A stretch of 64,000 nt of DNA from an uncultured Acidobacteriota bacterium (GTDB lineage: Bacteria > Acidobacteriota > JAQAZP01), in contig CAWIIB010000001.1 of the NCBI GenBank assembly GCA_963836075.1, forward strand, positions 864,001 to 928,000. The letters are read 5' to 3'. The position numbers and the translations under genes were made by a program. Below the pieces are notes generated by a model. That model saw only the letters and a program-made list of their open reading frames with translations. It had not been told where the DNA came from and ran no database searches. Shown here piece by piece: positions 10,355-19,729 of the stretch (its first letter is position 1; each line of letters begins with the position of its first letter).

Positions 10355-12802
10355 ATGAGATTTCTGACGAGAACTCTGATGGCCACCCTCTGTATGTTGA
10401 TCCTGGTGCTTCCGGCGATGGCCTCCGATACACCACTGGTGAATGCCACAACGCCGGCCACCGGTATCGCCGCCTCCCCGGCCGCCACGGTCACCATCGG
10501 TACTTTCGCGACACCGCCGAACACCGCCACCATCGATACCGAAAAGTTGCTGAACAGCTGGCAGCCCGCACCCGGCTACGAAACGCCGCGGATGCAGATG
10601 ACGAACATGGGCACCGAACAGCTGAACACCTTCCAGGGCCACGACCTCAGCTCGTTGACCAACAGGGGGGGGGGCGTGGGGAGCATCCTCTATGCACCCT
10701 CCCAACCTGACAACCCGACCTTCCGTGCGGCTGTGGCCGCCTGCTCGGGGGCGACGGTGGACTACTTCGACGCCAGCGCCGGCACCCCGGACGTGGCCCT
10801 GCTCGCCGCCTATGACTGTGTGCTGGTCTGGGGCAACTACGCCTTTGCCGACGCCTTCCTCTACGGCGACAACCTCGCGGCCTACGTGGACGGCGGGGGC
10901 AAGGTGATCCTCGGCCAGTGGTGCTACCACACCACCCAGATCAACTGGCTGGAAGGTGCGATCATGGGGATGGCCTACTGCCCCATCACCGCAAGCGCCT
11001 ACGAAAGCGGAGCCTACAACGGCGACGGCACCGATTGTGTGCATGGCGGTGTGGTCGCCTACGAATCCTCCTATTTCGACGCCTGCTCGCCGATCATCGG
11101 AGCTGCCTCCGACGGGACGTTCAGCAACCCGTCGAACAGCCTGGCCGTGGCCTGGCGGCCGGACCGCGCGGTCTATTACAGCCCGGGCAATACCGGTACC
11201 GACTACGGCACCGGTGATTGGCCCCAGCTGGTCTGCAACATGGCCATGTGCGGCGGCGGTGGCGGCTGGGGCATCCTCTACGCGCCGAGCACTGTAGACA
11301 ACCCGGACTTCCGCGCGGAACTCGCCGCCTGCACCGGGCTGAACGTCGACTACTACGACGCCAGCGCCGGCACCCCCACCATGTCCGAACTCTCAGGCTA
11401 CACCTGCGTGCTCACCTGGGCCAACTCTGCCTATGCCGACAACGTTCTCTTCGGCGACAACCTCGCGGCCTACGTGGATGGCGGCGGCAAGGTGATCCTG
11501 GGCCAGTGGACTTATGACAGCGGCCAGTTGAACGCCCTGGCCGGAGCGATCATGACCGCGGCATACTGCCCGGTCACCACCTCCACAAGTTACGACGTTG
11601 GTGCCTACAACGACGACGGCATTGACTGCGTGCACGGCGGTGTCAGCGCCTACGATACCTCGTATCTGGACGTCGCCACGGTGGTGGCCGGAGCTCTCTC
11701 TGACGGGACGTTCAGCAACCCGTCGAACAGCCTGGCCGTGGCCTGGCGGCCGGACCGCGCGGTCTACTACAGCCCGGGCAACACCGGCGGTTCTTTTGGC
11801 ACTGGACAGTGGGCCCAGCTGGTCTGCAACATGGTCTTTTGCATCGACGTCACTACCGGGGACATCCTCTACGCGCCGAGCGAAGCGGACAACCCGACCT
11901 TCCGCGCGGAAGTCGAAGCCTGCACGGGGTTGACCGTCGACTACTTCGACCCCAGAGTGGCCACCCCGGACGTGGCCCTGCTCTCGAACTACCAGTGCGT
12001 GCTCACCTGGGCCAACTGGGCCTACTTCGACAATGTCGCATTCGGCGACAACCTCGCGGCCTACGTGGACCTCGGCGGCCAGGTGATCCTCGGCCAGTGG
12101 TGCCTGCCCACCGCGGGCAACTACCTGGACGGCGCCATCATGACGCCGGCCTACTGCCCGACCACCGGAATGCCGCCCTGGGAAACCGGAACCTACAACG
12201 GCGACGGTACCGATTGCGTGTTTGGCGCAGTCACTTTCCTTGATGCCCCCTATTTCGACGCCGCTACTCTGGTGGCCGGGGCTTCCGACGGGACGTTCAA
12301 CAACCCGTCGAACAGCCTGGCCGTGGCCTGGCGCGCCGACCGGATGGTCTACTCCAGCCCGGGCAACACCGGCGGCACTTACAGCACCGGTGATTGGGCC
12401 CAGCTGGTCTGCAACATGATCGAGTGCCCGGCGGGACCCAGCGGCACCATCGCCGTGGATCTCAATGCGACGCCCGACACTGGTTTCGCACCCTTTGTCA
12501 CCGCCTTCACGACGCAGCTGACCAACCTGACCACCGAGCGCCGGCGGGCCTCCGCGAGAATCAACGTGGTCATCGCCAACGGCAACAACTACAACAACTG
12601 GAGAGCCGGGTGGACCAACCTCGACAGCATGGAGACTTTCACCAGAACCTGGCCCCAGACCATCCCGGCCCTGGCCACCGTGATCGGCACCAACACCTTC
12701 ACCCTCGAGGGTGAAGACGTGACGCCGGCGCCTTACAACCAGCCGCCCTACGCGCCTTCCGGTGACACGGACACGGACGTGCAGACCGTGATCGCCAACT
12801 AG
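10355..12802 (+). CDS. Secreted protein with three tandem ~196-aa Cys-rich domains and a distinct C-terminal beta-rich domain
   Basis: GGAG RBS; signal peptide (MRFLTRT..PAMA); repeats begin ILYAPS; strongly C-ending codons; followed by a terminator. Confidence 0.85.
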   Translation: MRFLTRTLMATLCMLILVLPAMASDTPLVNATTPATGIAASPAATVTIGTFATPPNTATIDTEKLLNSWQPAPGYETPRMQMTNMGTEQLNTFQGHDLSSLTNRGGGVGSILYAPSQPDNPTFRAAVAACSGATVDYFDASAGTPDVALLAAYDCVLVWGNYAFADAFLYGDNLAAYVDGGGKVILGQWCYHTTQINWLEGAIMGMAYCPITASAYESGAYNGDGTDCVHGGVVAYESSYFDACSPIIGAASDGTFSNPSNSLAVAWRPDRAVYYSPGNTGTDYGTGDWPQLVCNMAMCGGGGGWGILYAPSTVDNPDFRAELAACTGLNVDYYDASAGTPTMSELSGYTCVLTWANSAYADNVLFGDNLAAYVDGGGKVILGQWTYDSGQLNALAGAIMTAAYCPVTTSTSYDVGAYNDDGIDCVHGGVSAYDTSYLDVATVVAGALSDGTFSNPSNSLAVAWRPDRAVYYSPGNTGGSFGTGQWAQLVCNMVFCIDVTTGDILYAPSEADNPTFRAEVEACTGLTVDYFDPRVATPDVALLSNYQCVLTWANWAYFDNVAFGDNLAAYVDLGGQVILGQWCLPTAGNYLDGAIMTPAYCPTTGMPPWETGTYNGDGTDCVFGAVTFLDAPYFDAATLVAGASDGTFNNPSNSLAVAWRADRMVYSSPGNTGGTYSTGDWAQLVCNMIECPAGPSGTIAVDLNATPDTGFAPFVTAFTTQLTNLTTERRRASARINVVIANGNNYNNWRAGWTNLDSMETFTRTWPQTIPALATVIGTNTFTLEGEDVTPAPYNQPPYAPSGDTDTDVQTVIAN
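10685..12430 (+). repeat. Intragenic triple tandem repeat (~590 bp unit)
   Basis: Units start at 10685, 11273 and 11864. Near-identical DNA blocks, e.g. GACGGGACGTTCAGCAACCCGTCGAACAGCCTGGCCGTGGCCTGGCG at ~11111, ~11702 and ~12287 (one mismatch in the third). Confidence 0.95.
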
Positions 12803-12832
12803 GCAACTGGTTGCCGGACGGTAGCCAGACGT

Positions 12833-12875
12833 AAAAAGGGGGTTTCAGCATTTCGCTGAAACCCCCCGTTTTTTT
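12833..12875. terminator. Bidirectional intrinsic terminator
   Basis: A-run, GGGGGTTTCAGC-loop-GCTGAAACCCCC stem, T-run; lies between the convergent repeat gene and tRNA. Confidence 0.85.
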
Positions 12876-12876
12876 C

Positions 12877-12951
<75 letters not shown>

Positions 12952-13273
12952 CCGAGTGTTCGATTGCGGACCGCTGAGCTTCAGGCCGCAAAACGCGGCT
13001 CAATCTGCCATAACCTGCTGCTGAAAGTCAACCCACCACATGAAACCCGCCCGATTTGCCGTGGACCCACTGCTTTCCATGGCCCGGCCGGCCGGAAACG
13101 ACGGATTCCACGAGATTTCCGGCCATACCATATCTTGGGGTATTACCCGGGGCGGTACACCAGAAATTGTGTAATTATCTTTACAGTGGCCGGTGGACCA
13201 TGTTAGGATGTCGCCACTGTACACGTGTCTCTTCACGTCCCGATTACAAGAGATTTTGGGAGTTTAGCGTTCA

Positions 13274-16200
13274 ATGCCCTACAAGCTGGATAAAATGGAG
13301 ATCAACGGTTTCAAGTCCTTTTTCTCCAAGTCCGAACTGACCTTTCCCAGCAACATCACCGCCGTGGTGGGCCCCAATGGCTGCGGCAAGAGCAATATCA
13401 GCGACGCCGTGAGCTGGGTGCTGGGCGAACAGAGCCCCAAATCCCTCCGTGGCAACAAGATGGAAGACGTGATCTTCAACGGCACCCAGACCCAGCAACC
13501 GCTGGGCATGGCCCACGTCACCCTGGTCCTCTCCCCCACCGACGGCCCCGAGGATCAGAACGGCCACCGCCAGGTGGAGATCACCCGCAAGCTCTTTCGT
13601 TCCGGCGACAGCGAGTATCTGCTGAACAACCGGCGGGTGCGGCTGAAGGACCTCCGCGACCTGCTCTTCGGCGAGGGGATGGGCAACGCCGACACCGCCG
13701 TCATCGAACAGGGGCGGGTGCACCAGATCATCAGCAACAAGAGCCAGGAGCGTCGCTCGCTGATCGAGAACGCCGCCGGCGTTTCACAATACAAGATCAA
13801 GAGGCGGCTGGCCGAGGGCCGGCTGGCCGCGGCCAAGACCAACCTGGTCACCGTGGGCACCCTGGCCAACGAACTGGAGCGCCAGTTGCGGTCGCTCAAG
13901 CGCCAGGCCGGCGCCGCCCGCCGCTACGGCGGCATTGTGGAGCAGTTCAACAACGCCAAGAAACTGGCCCTGGGAATCGACCATGCGCGGCACATTCGCG
14001 AGCGTGACCGGCTGCTGCGCGAGCGCGAGGAAGCCGAACGGGAGCTGGCCGCGGTGTCCGGCGCCCTGGCCCGGCGGGAGACCCGGCTGGAGGAAGGCCG
14101 CGGAACCCTCGAGGAAAAGCAGGCGCTGCTGCTCAGCGAGCGCGAGCGGGCCCACGCCGAGGAAGTGAAAATCGAACGGCTGGAGACCAGCGCGGCGGCC
14201 ATGGGTGAGTCACTGGAGGTGTCCGCCCAGCGACAGAAAGAGCTGGAAGAAGAGACCACCCGGCTGGAAGAGGCGCAGGCCGACACCCTGAAACAGATCG
14301 AAGGGGCCAGACTGCTCGCCGGAGAACTGGAACGGGAACTGCAGACTCTCACCGACGAGGCGGCCCGGCGACAGGAAGCCCACGGGGCAGCCCTTGAAGC
14401 GGTGGAGGAGATGACCGCGCGGCGCAACAGCCACGCCACCCAGCGCATGGAAGCCATGGACCAGTTGCTGGCCAGCAAGAACCAGCTTCGCGGTCTGGAG
14501 AGGGACTGCGCTTCCATCACCACCGAACTGGAGGCTCTGGAACGGCGGATGGCCGAGCTGGACCAGGAGCACGGTCCGCTGGGCCGCCAGCAGGAAGAGA
14601 ACCGTCAGGCCGCGGCCCACCTGGCCGCACTGATCGGCGGCCATGGGGCCGAGGAGCAACGTCTCTCCTCGCTGTCCGAGGCGGCCGAGGAACGCCGCTC
14701 CGATCTCGGCACACGCCTGCAGACGGCGCAGGGACGCCGTGCTTCCCTCGACGAACAGTTCCGGGCGGTGGAACGGATGGTGGAAGAACGCCTGGGCTTC
14801 TCATCCAGCGTCCAGCGCCTGCTCACCACTGCCCCACCGGAGCTGACCGGGCGGATCAAGGGCCCCCTGGCCGACTTCATCAAGGTGGAGAAGAGTGACG
14901 AACGCCGGGTGGAGCGGTTTCTTGGCGACAAGCTGGAATGGATCCTGGTGCAGGACGGCCAGACGGCCCGGGAGATCAGGGACTGGATGGGATCGGCCGG
15001 GCTGCCCGGCCCCTGCACGCTGCTGCCCCTGGACGCCGCGGATGCTGTCGTCCCGCCGGAGGCTGACGCTCTGGAACCGCTGCTCCGCCGGGTATCGATT
15101 CCCGAGTTCTGCCGCCGGGCGGTCACCCCGCTGCTCTCCCGGGTCTACCTGGTTGACTCCATCGGCGATGGCCTGGAAGCCGCAACCCGGGTGCCCGGGG
15201 CCACCTTCCTCACACCCGAGGGAGACTGTCTGTCGCCGGCGGGGTCGATCACCTGCTGGGGCACACGTGGTGAAGAGGCCCTCCAGGAAGAGGCCGGGGA
15301 CGGCCCGCTGGCCCTGCGCCGCCGCGCCCGGGAACTGGACACCGAACGGACCAGGGCGGCGGAAGAGGAAGCCCGGCTGTCTGCCGAGCTGGAGTCCGTG
15401 GGAAGCGAAGCGGCCCGTCTGATCAGTGAGCTGGCCGCGGTGAACATCCAGCTCAAGCAGAGCCAGGACCAGCGTTTCCAGGTGCAGCACGACGGCGAAC
15501 GCCTGAAGGCGGCGCTGGAGGAGAACCGCCGGCAGCACCGCAGCCAGACAGACGCGTCGGCCCGCCTCAATGCCGACCTGGCGGGGCTGCGCCAGGAAGA
15601 GGAAAACCTGAAGCAGCAGTCGGCTGCACTGGTGGAGAACCTGGAGCGGCTCAATGAAGAAGGCGAGGAAATCCACCGCCGCGAGGCCGAGCTCCGCGGC
15701 CGGCAGGAAAACGTCCGGGCCGAACTGGAGGAGACCCGCACCCTGCTGGCCGCCTGCCGCGAAAAACTGGAGGGGGCCAAACGGACCCGGCAAGGTCTGG
15801 CGACGGCACGGGAGGACCTGATCCAGCGCACCGACCGCACCCAGACAGCGCGCACGGCCGAACTAAAGAAACAGGAATCCCTCAGGATATCGATCAGCGA
15901 AGCCGGAGAAACCAGGGGCGCGCACCTGGAAACCCTCGACGTCCTGCGCAAGAAGGTCAACGGGGCGGAGCAGGCCTGCAACCAGCTGGCCCGCGATACC
16001 TCCCTCCTCGGTTCCGAGGTGAAGAATATCCGCAGGGACGTGGACACGGCACGGGAGAAGAAAGAGGCCTTTGACATCCAGTTGACCCGGACCAACTCCG
16101 AAATCGGGTTCTTCGAGGCGGACCACCAGGAGACCTTTGGCCAGCCGCTGGAGGCCATCCCGCCCTGGGAACTGGCCAAGATCGAGACCGAAGCGGTGGG

Positions 16201-16969
16201 TGACCCCCTGGTCACCGCGCGTGGAGAAGCGGAGAAGCTGCAGGCTCGGCTGCAGCGGATGGGCCAGGTGAACATGAGGGCCATCGAGGAGTGCGACTCG
16301 GTGGAAACGCGGTTCCGGTTCGTCAGCGAGCAGAAAACCGACATCGAGGAGTCCATCGCCTCGCTGGAAAAGACGATCAAGAAGATCAACGTCACCTCCC
16401 GCAAGCGCTTTCTCGACGCCCTGCACCAGATCAACGAATCGTTTGAGACCACCTTCAGTGATTTCTTCGGCGGCGGCACGGCCACCATTGCCCTGCCCGA
16501 GGGCGCCGATCCGCTGGAGTCCGACATCGAGATCACCGCCCGCCCGCCGGGCAAGAAGAACCAGAATGTGCTCCAGTTGTCGGGCGGCGAGAAAGCCCTC
16601 ACCGCCATCGCCTTCCTCTTCTCCGTGATCAAGTACCGGCCCACCCCCTTCTGCATCCTCGACGAGGTGGACGCGGCCCTGGACGACGCCAATGTCGACC
16701 GCTTCCTCAACCTGATGAAGGAGATGTCGAAGGAGACGCAGTTCATCCTGATCACCCACAACAAGGTGACCATGGAGAGCGCCGACCTGCTGTACGGTGT
16801 GACCATGGAAGAGCCGGGGATCAGCAAGCTGGTATCGGTGAGCCTCAACGGCCACGGTGGAAACGGTTCGCGCAAGCCCGGGCCGGGGGACGTATCGGGA
16901 TCGGGCGAGTGGGTGGGCCCGCTGCCTGAATCGGGCGAAACACTAATCGAACCTCACCTCAGGGCGTAA
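13274..16969 (+). CDS. smc: Chromosome segregation protein SMC
   Basis: GFKSF, Walker A GPNGCGKSN, coiled coils, hinge, LSGGEK signature, Walker B CILDEVDAALD, ITHN. Confidence 0.97.
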   Translation: MPYKLDKMEINGFKSFFSKSELTFPSNITAVVGPNGCGKSNISDAVSWVLGEQSPKSLRGNKMEDVIFNGTQTQQPLGMAHVTLVLSPTDGPEDQNGHRQVEITRKLFRSGDSEYLLNNRRVRLKDLRDLLFGEGMGNADTAVIEQGRVHQIISNKSQERRSLIENAAGVSQYKIKRRLAEGRLAAAKTNLVTVGTLANELERQLRSLKRQAGAARRYGGIVEQFNNAKKLALGIDHARHIRERDRLLREREEAERELAAVSGALARRETRLEEGRGTLEEKQALLLSERERAHAEEVKIERLETSAAAMGESLEVSAQRQKELEEETTRLEEAQADTLKQIEGARLLAGELERELQTLTDEAARRQEAHGAALEAVEEMTARRNSHATQRMEAMDQLLASKNQLRGLERDCASITTELEALERRMAELDQEHGPLGRQQEENRQAAAHLAALIGGHGAEEQRLSSLSEAAEERRSDLGTRLQTAQGRRASLDEQFRAVERMVEERLGFSSSVQRLLTTAPPELTGRIKGPLADFIKVEKSDERRVERFLGDKLEWILVQDGQTAREIRDWMGSAGLPGPCTLLPLDAADAVVPPEADALEPLLRRVSIPEFCRRAVTPLLSRVYLVDSIGDGLEAATRVPGATFLTPEGDCLSPAGSITCWGTRGEEALQEEAGDGPLALRRRARELDTERTRAAEEEARLSAELESVGSEAARLISELAAVNIQLKQSQDQRFQVQHDGERLKAALEENRRQHRSQTDASARLNADLAGLRQEEENLKQQSAALVENLERLNEEGEEIHRREAELRGRQENVRAELEETRTLLAACREKLEGAKRTRQGLATAREDLIQRTDRTQTARTAELKKQESLRISISEAGETRGAHLETLDVLRKKVNGAEQACNQLARDTSLLGSEVKNIRRDVDTAREKKEAFDIQLTRTNSEIGFFEADHQETFGQPLEAIPPWELAKIETEAVGDPLVTARGEAEKLQARLQRMGQVNMRAIEECDSVETRFRFVSEQKTDIEESIASLEKTIKKINVTSRKRFLDALHQINESFETTFSDFFGGGTATIALPEGADPLESDIEITARPPGKKNQNVLQLSGGEKALTAIAFLFSVIKYRPTPFCILDEVDAALDDANVDRFLNLMKEMSKETQFILITHNKVTMESADLLYGVTMEEPGISKLVSVSLNGHGGNGSRKPGPGDVSGSGEWVGPLPESGETLIEPHLRA

Positions 16970-18198
16970 TACCCCTCGCGGGCCTTCACCGTGTATTTCT
17001 CGCCCGGCACGCTGACCGCGATGCGCCGCCACCTGCCGTCCCGCCGCTGGTTTGACGACGAGTAGTAGATCGAGTACTGGTGCTTCAGCTCGTCGGCCAC
17101 CCGGTCATAGAATCCCGACAGTTCGCGCGCCCGGCGGGGGAAGTAGGCGTTGCCCCCGGTGCGCCGGGCCAGCAGCGCCAGCTGCTCCTCGAGGCTGGTA
17201 CCGTCGATGATGCTGCGGTGGTGAATTTCCCGGCCCAGCCCGATGACGAAAACCGCCACGTCGGAACGGAGAGCATGTTCCAGGGACTGGTGAAAGGTGT
17301 GGCTGCTGCCTGGTGAAAGTCCGTCGAAGCTCTCGTCACGGCCGTCGCTGAGCAGCAGGATCGCCTTGCGGCCCGAATCACGGCCCAGCAGGTCCACGGC
17401 CTGGTAGAGCGCATCGTAGAGCGCGGTTCCCCGGCCGATATCCAGCGACGTGATGGCCTGCTGGAGTTCCGCCGGCTGATTGGTGAAGGGGCAGGCGCGG
17501 TTCACCGTCTCGTGGAAGCCGAGAACGGTGAAGCTGTCCTCGACACTCACCGTCTCGGCGAAACGGGAGGCGGCGGTGCGGGCCAGCTCGATCTTCTCCT
17601 TGGCCTGGTCGGTGCGGGCCATGCTCTGGCTGCAGTCCAGAAGCATCACCAGCCGCAGCGGTTTGTCCTCGGCGCTGAAGTGGGTGATCTCCTGGGACTT
17701 GCCATCTTCGGCCAGCAGCAGATCATCCTCGGTCAGCTGGTCGACGAAATGGCCGCGGCGGTCGGTGACGGTGGCGTAGACCTCCACCAGGCGCACTTCG
17801 GAGGCATAGTCGATCTGGAGCGGACGGCTGCGGACGCTGGCATCGGCCCAGTTTCCCTGGCTGTCCAGTGCCTGGACCTCGATCAGAGTCTCGTAGAGCA
17901 TTTTTTCACCGGGCATCCAGTCCAGCGAAAATGGCGCCTCGTCATCCACCCCGATCAGTTCACCATCAGCGAAGAACTCCACCCGCACCACCGTGACCCC
18001 CTCGGCCGGCTGAACTTCCGCTTCGATCCGGCTCTCCTCTTCCAACAGCTGTCCGTTGAGCGGGCGGAGGATAATTACCCTGGAGCCCTGCATTGCCTGG
18101 AGCGCCGGGGAGAGAATCGTGGCCGCCGCCAGCAGGATGACAATGGCCGCCAGAACAGCGGCCGGTTGGACTGTGGGTCTGTCTGCTTGGCTCATCAT
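16954..18198 (-). CDS. Secreted Ig-like + VWA domain protein (Acidobacterial VWFA-related type)
   Basis: Ig-like domain (VVRVEFFADG..APF), MIDAS motif LLDCSQSM, GTALYDA, LLSDGRD, C-terminal DGRWRRI..REGYYA. Confidence 0.88.
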   Translation of the reverse strand: MMSQADRPTVQPAAVLAAIVILLAAATILSPALQAMQGSRVIILRPLNGQLLEEESRIEAEVQPAEGVTVVRVEFFADGELIGVDDEAPFSLDWMPGEKMLYETLIEVQALDSQGNWADASVRSRPLQIDYASEVRLVEVYATVTDRRGHFVDQLTEDDLLLAEDGKSQEITHFSAEDKPLRLVMLLDCSQSMARTDQAKEKIELARTAASRFAETVSVEDSFTVLGFHETVNRACPFTNQPAELQQAITSLDIGRGTALYDALYQAVDLLGRDSGRKAILLLSDGRDESFDGLSPGSSHTFHQSLEHALRSDVAVFVIGLGREIHHRSIIDGTSLEEQLALLARRTGGNAYFPRRARELSGFYDRVADELKHQYSIYYSSSNQRRDGRWRRIAVSVPGEKYTVKAREGYYALR

Positions 18199-18337
18199 CT
18201 CCGCTGCCGGGCCCTTCGCCCGAAGGTTGCCGGTCACCCCGTTGCCGCTGCCTTGATGGGCAACGGCGATTCATCTATCATAAACGCCGCCACTGCAGCG
18301 CCGGTTCGATTTTTACCGGCCGGCGGGGAGGAAGAGC

Positions 18338-18601
18338 ATGAGCGAACAGCCTGAGCCGGGGAACTATTCCGATGCCGGTAGTACCCCCGGGACGCAGCCG
18401 GAGAGCGGATCTCGCCGGCGAATCTGGATCTCCCTGGTGGTGCTCTACATTTCGGCGGGTTTTCTGCTCACCTTCACCTTGCGTACGCAGTGGATCATGC
18501 CCGTCCCCGGGCACACCGACTTTCTTGACGCCCTGCTCAACCCCCGGATCTATCTCAGCGCCCTGTTCTGGCCCTTCTGGCTGATCTGGGGCCTGTTTTA
18601 G
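18338..18601 (+). CDS. Small two-TM membrane protein
   Basis: GGAGG RBS upstream; two hydrophobic segments. Confidence 0.55.
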   Translation: MSEQPEPGNYSDAGSTPGTQPESGSRRRIWISLVVLYISAGFLLTFTLRTQWIMPVPGHTDFLDALLNPRIYLSALFWPFWLIWGLF

Positions 18602-19530
18602 AGGGATACCTCAGCCCAGCGGCCGCCCTCCGGTGACATTCGCCCCAGACCCCGCTGGTGAGCCTTGACGATGAAATCCAGCGAGCCGGGCTCCAGTCCG
18701 AACAGCCCGGCCGCCGCCGCATCTGCGGCCACCTGGTCGGTGCTGGCCACCAGGGTGTTGATCTGCTCCACATCCTTGACGTTCCCGCCCTGGGGCCCGT
18801 TCCGCTTGAGAATCCGCACCGCATCCACCACCACCAGCCGGGGCTGGAAGTAGGCGGCCATATCGGCGATGGTGGTACTGATGTTCTGGTGCAGGTGCTG
18901 CCGGCGGCCCCCCACGGCTCCGAACCAGTTCTTCATCCCCAGGGAGAGTTTGGTCAGCGAATGGTGCTTGGCCACCGGAACATTGATCAGGCAGTCCGCC
19001 TCGAGCACCGGTCGGGCGGCCATCCAGCGGCCGATCACCTCCCCTTTCATATCCACTTCCACGTAGTCCCGGGGCACCAGCGGCCTCAGTTCGGCACCCT
19101 GCTCGCGGCAGACCGCCTCGATCCCGCTGCGGGCGTAACAGCGCCGCTGGTCATTGCAGGTGTTGTCCAGCACGGTCACCGACGCGGCGCCGGCTTCCTG
19201 GCAGTGCCGGATCAGGCTCTGCACAACCTGCGGATTGGTATTGGCCCCCTGCTCGGGAATGCGGTCCCAGCCGATGTTCGGCTTGAGCACCACCTTGTCC
19301 CCCTTGGAGACAAAACGCCCCATCCCGCCGAGGCTTTCCAGGGCGGTCTTCACCAGCCGCAGGGGAGAGCCGCCGCGCACGGTCACCAGGTCCGGCCAAT
19401 CACCGGCGGCCGCCGGTGCTCCGCCCTCCCCCGCCCGCAGTGGACGGCCCCGCAAGGGACCGCCGCCCACCAGGCTCAGCAGTCCGGCGCCGGCCACGGT
19501 GCGAATAAAATCTCTTCTTTCGTTTCCCAC
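18598..19530 (-). CDS. Tat-exported DUF362 (Fe-S-related) protein
   Basis: RRDFI Tat motif; LGGMGRFV..GDKVVLKPN, TNP.VV, INVPVAKHH, LGMKN, DQVAAD; GTG start after GGAGG. Confidence 0.85.
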   Translation of the reverse strand: MGNERRDFIRTVAGAGLLSLVGGGPLRGRPLRAGEGGAPAAAGDWPDLVTVRGGSPLRLVKTALESLGGMGRFVSKGDKVVLKPNIGWDRIPEQGANTNPQVVQSLIRHCQEAGAASVTVLDNTCNDQRRCYARSGIEAVCREQGAELRPLVPRDYVEVDMKGEVIGRWMAARPVLEADCLINVPVAKHHSLTKLSLGMKNWFGAVGGRRQHLHQNISTTIADMAAYFQPRLVVVDAVRILKRNGPQGGNVKDVEQINTLVASTDQVAADAAAAGLFGLEPGSLDFIVKAHQRGLGRMSPEGGRWAEVSL

Positions 19531-19640
19531 GATTACCTCCCTCACCAGGATCTTCTCCAATGGTCTTCAATCTGTCATCATTTGATGTCCAATTGTAGCA
19601 CAGCGGCGCCGCCAACCTGCCAGGACAAAGGCGTTGCGCA

Positions 19641-19669
19641 TTGACTCCCCCGGGGCGAGTTGCTAATAT
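19641..19669 (+). promoter_or_regulatory. Sigma70-like promoter
   Basis: TTGACT-N17-TAATAT with extended TG, upstream of the GT4 gene. Confidence 0.5.
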
Positions 19670-19729
19670 CCGACTCCGTCAACCGGCGGTCATTCCGCCC
19701 ATAACACACCTTTGCGGAGCATCCGGAGA

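Noticed and set aside
10685-12430. Repeats as a DGR template/variable pair or CRISPR
   Set aside because: In-frame domain repeats, differences not adenine-specific, and no reverse transcriptase or cas genes.
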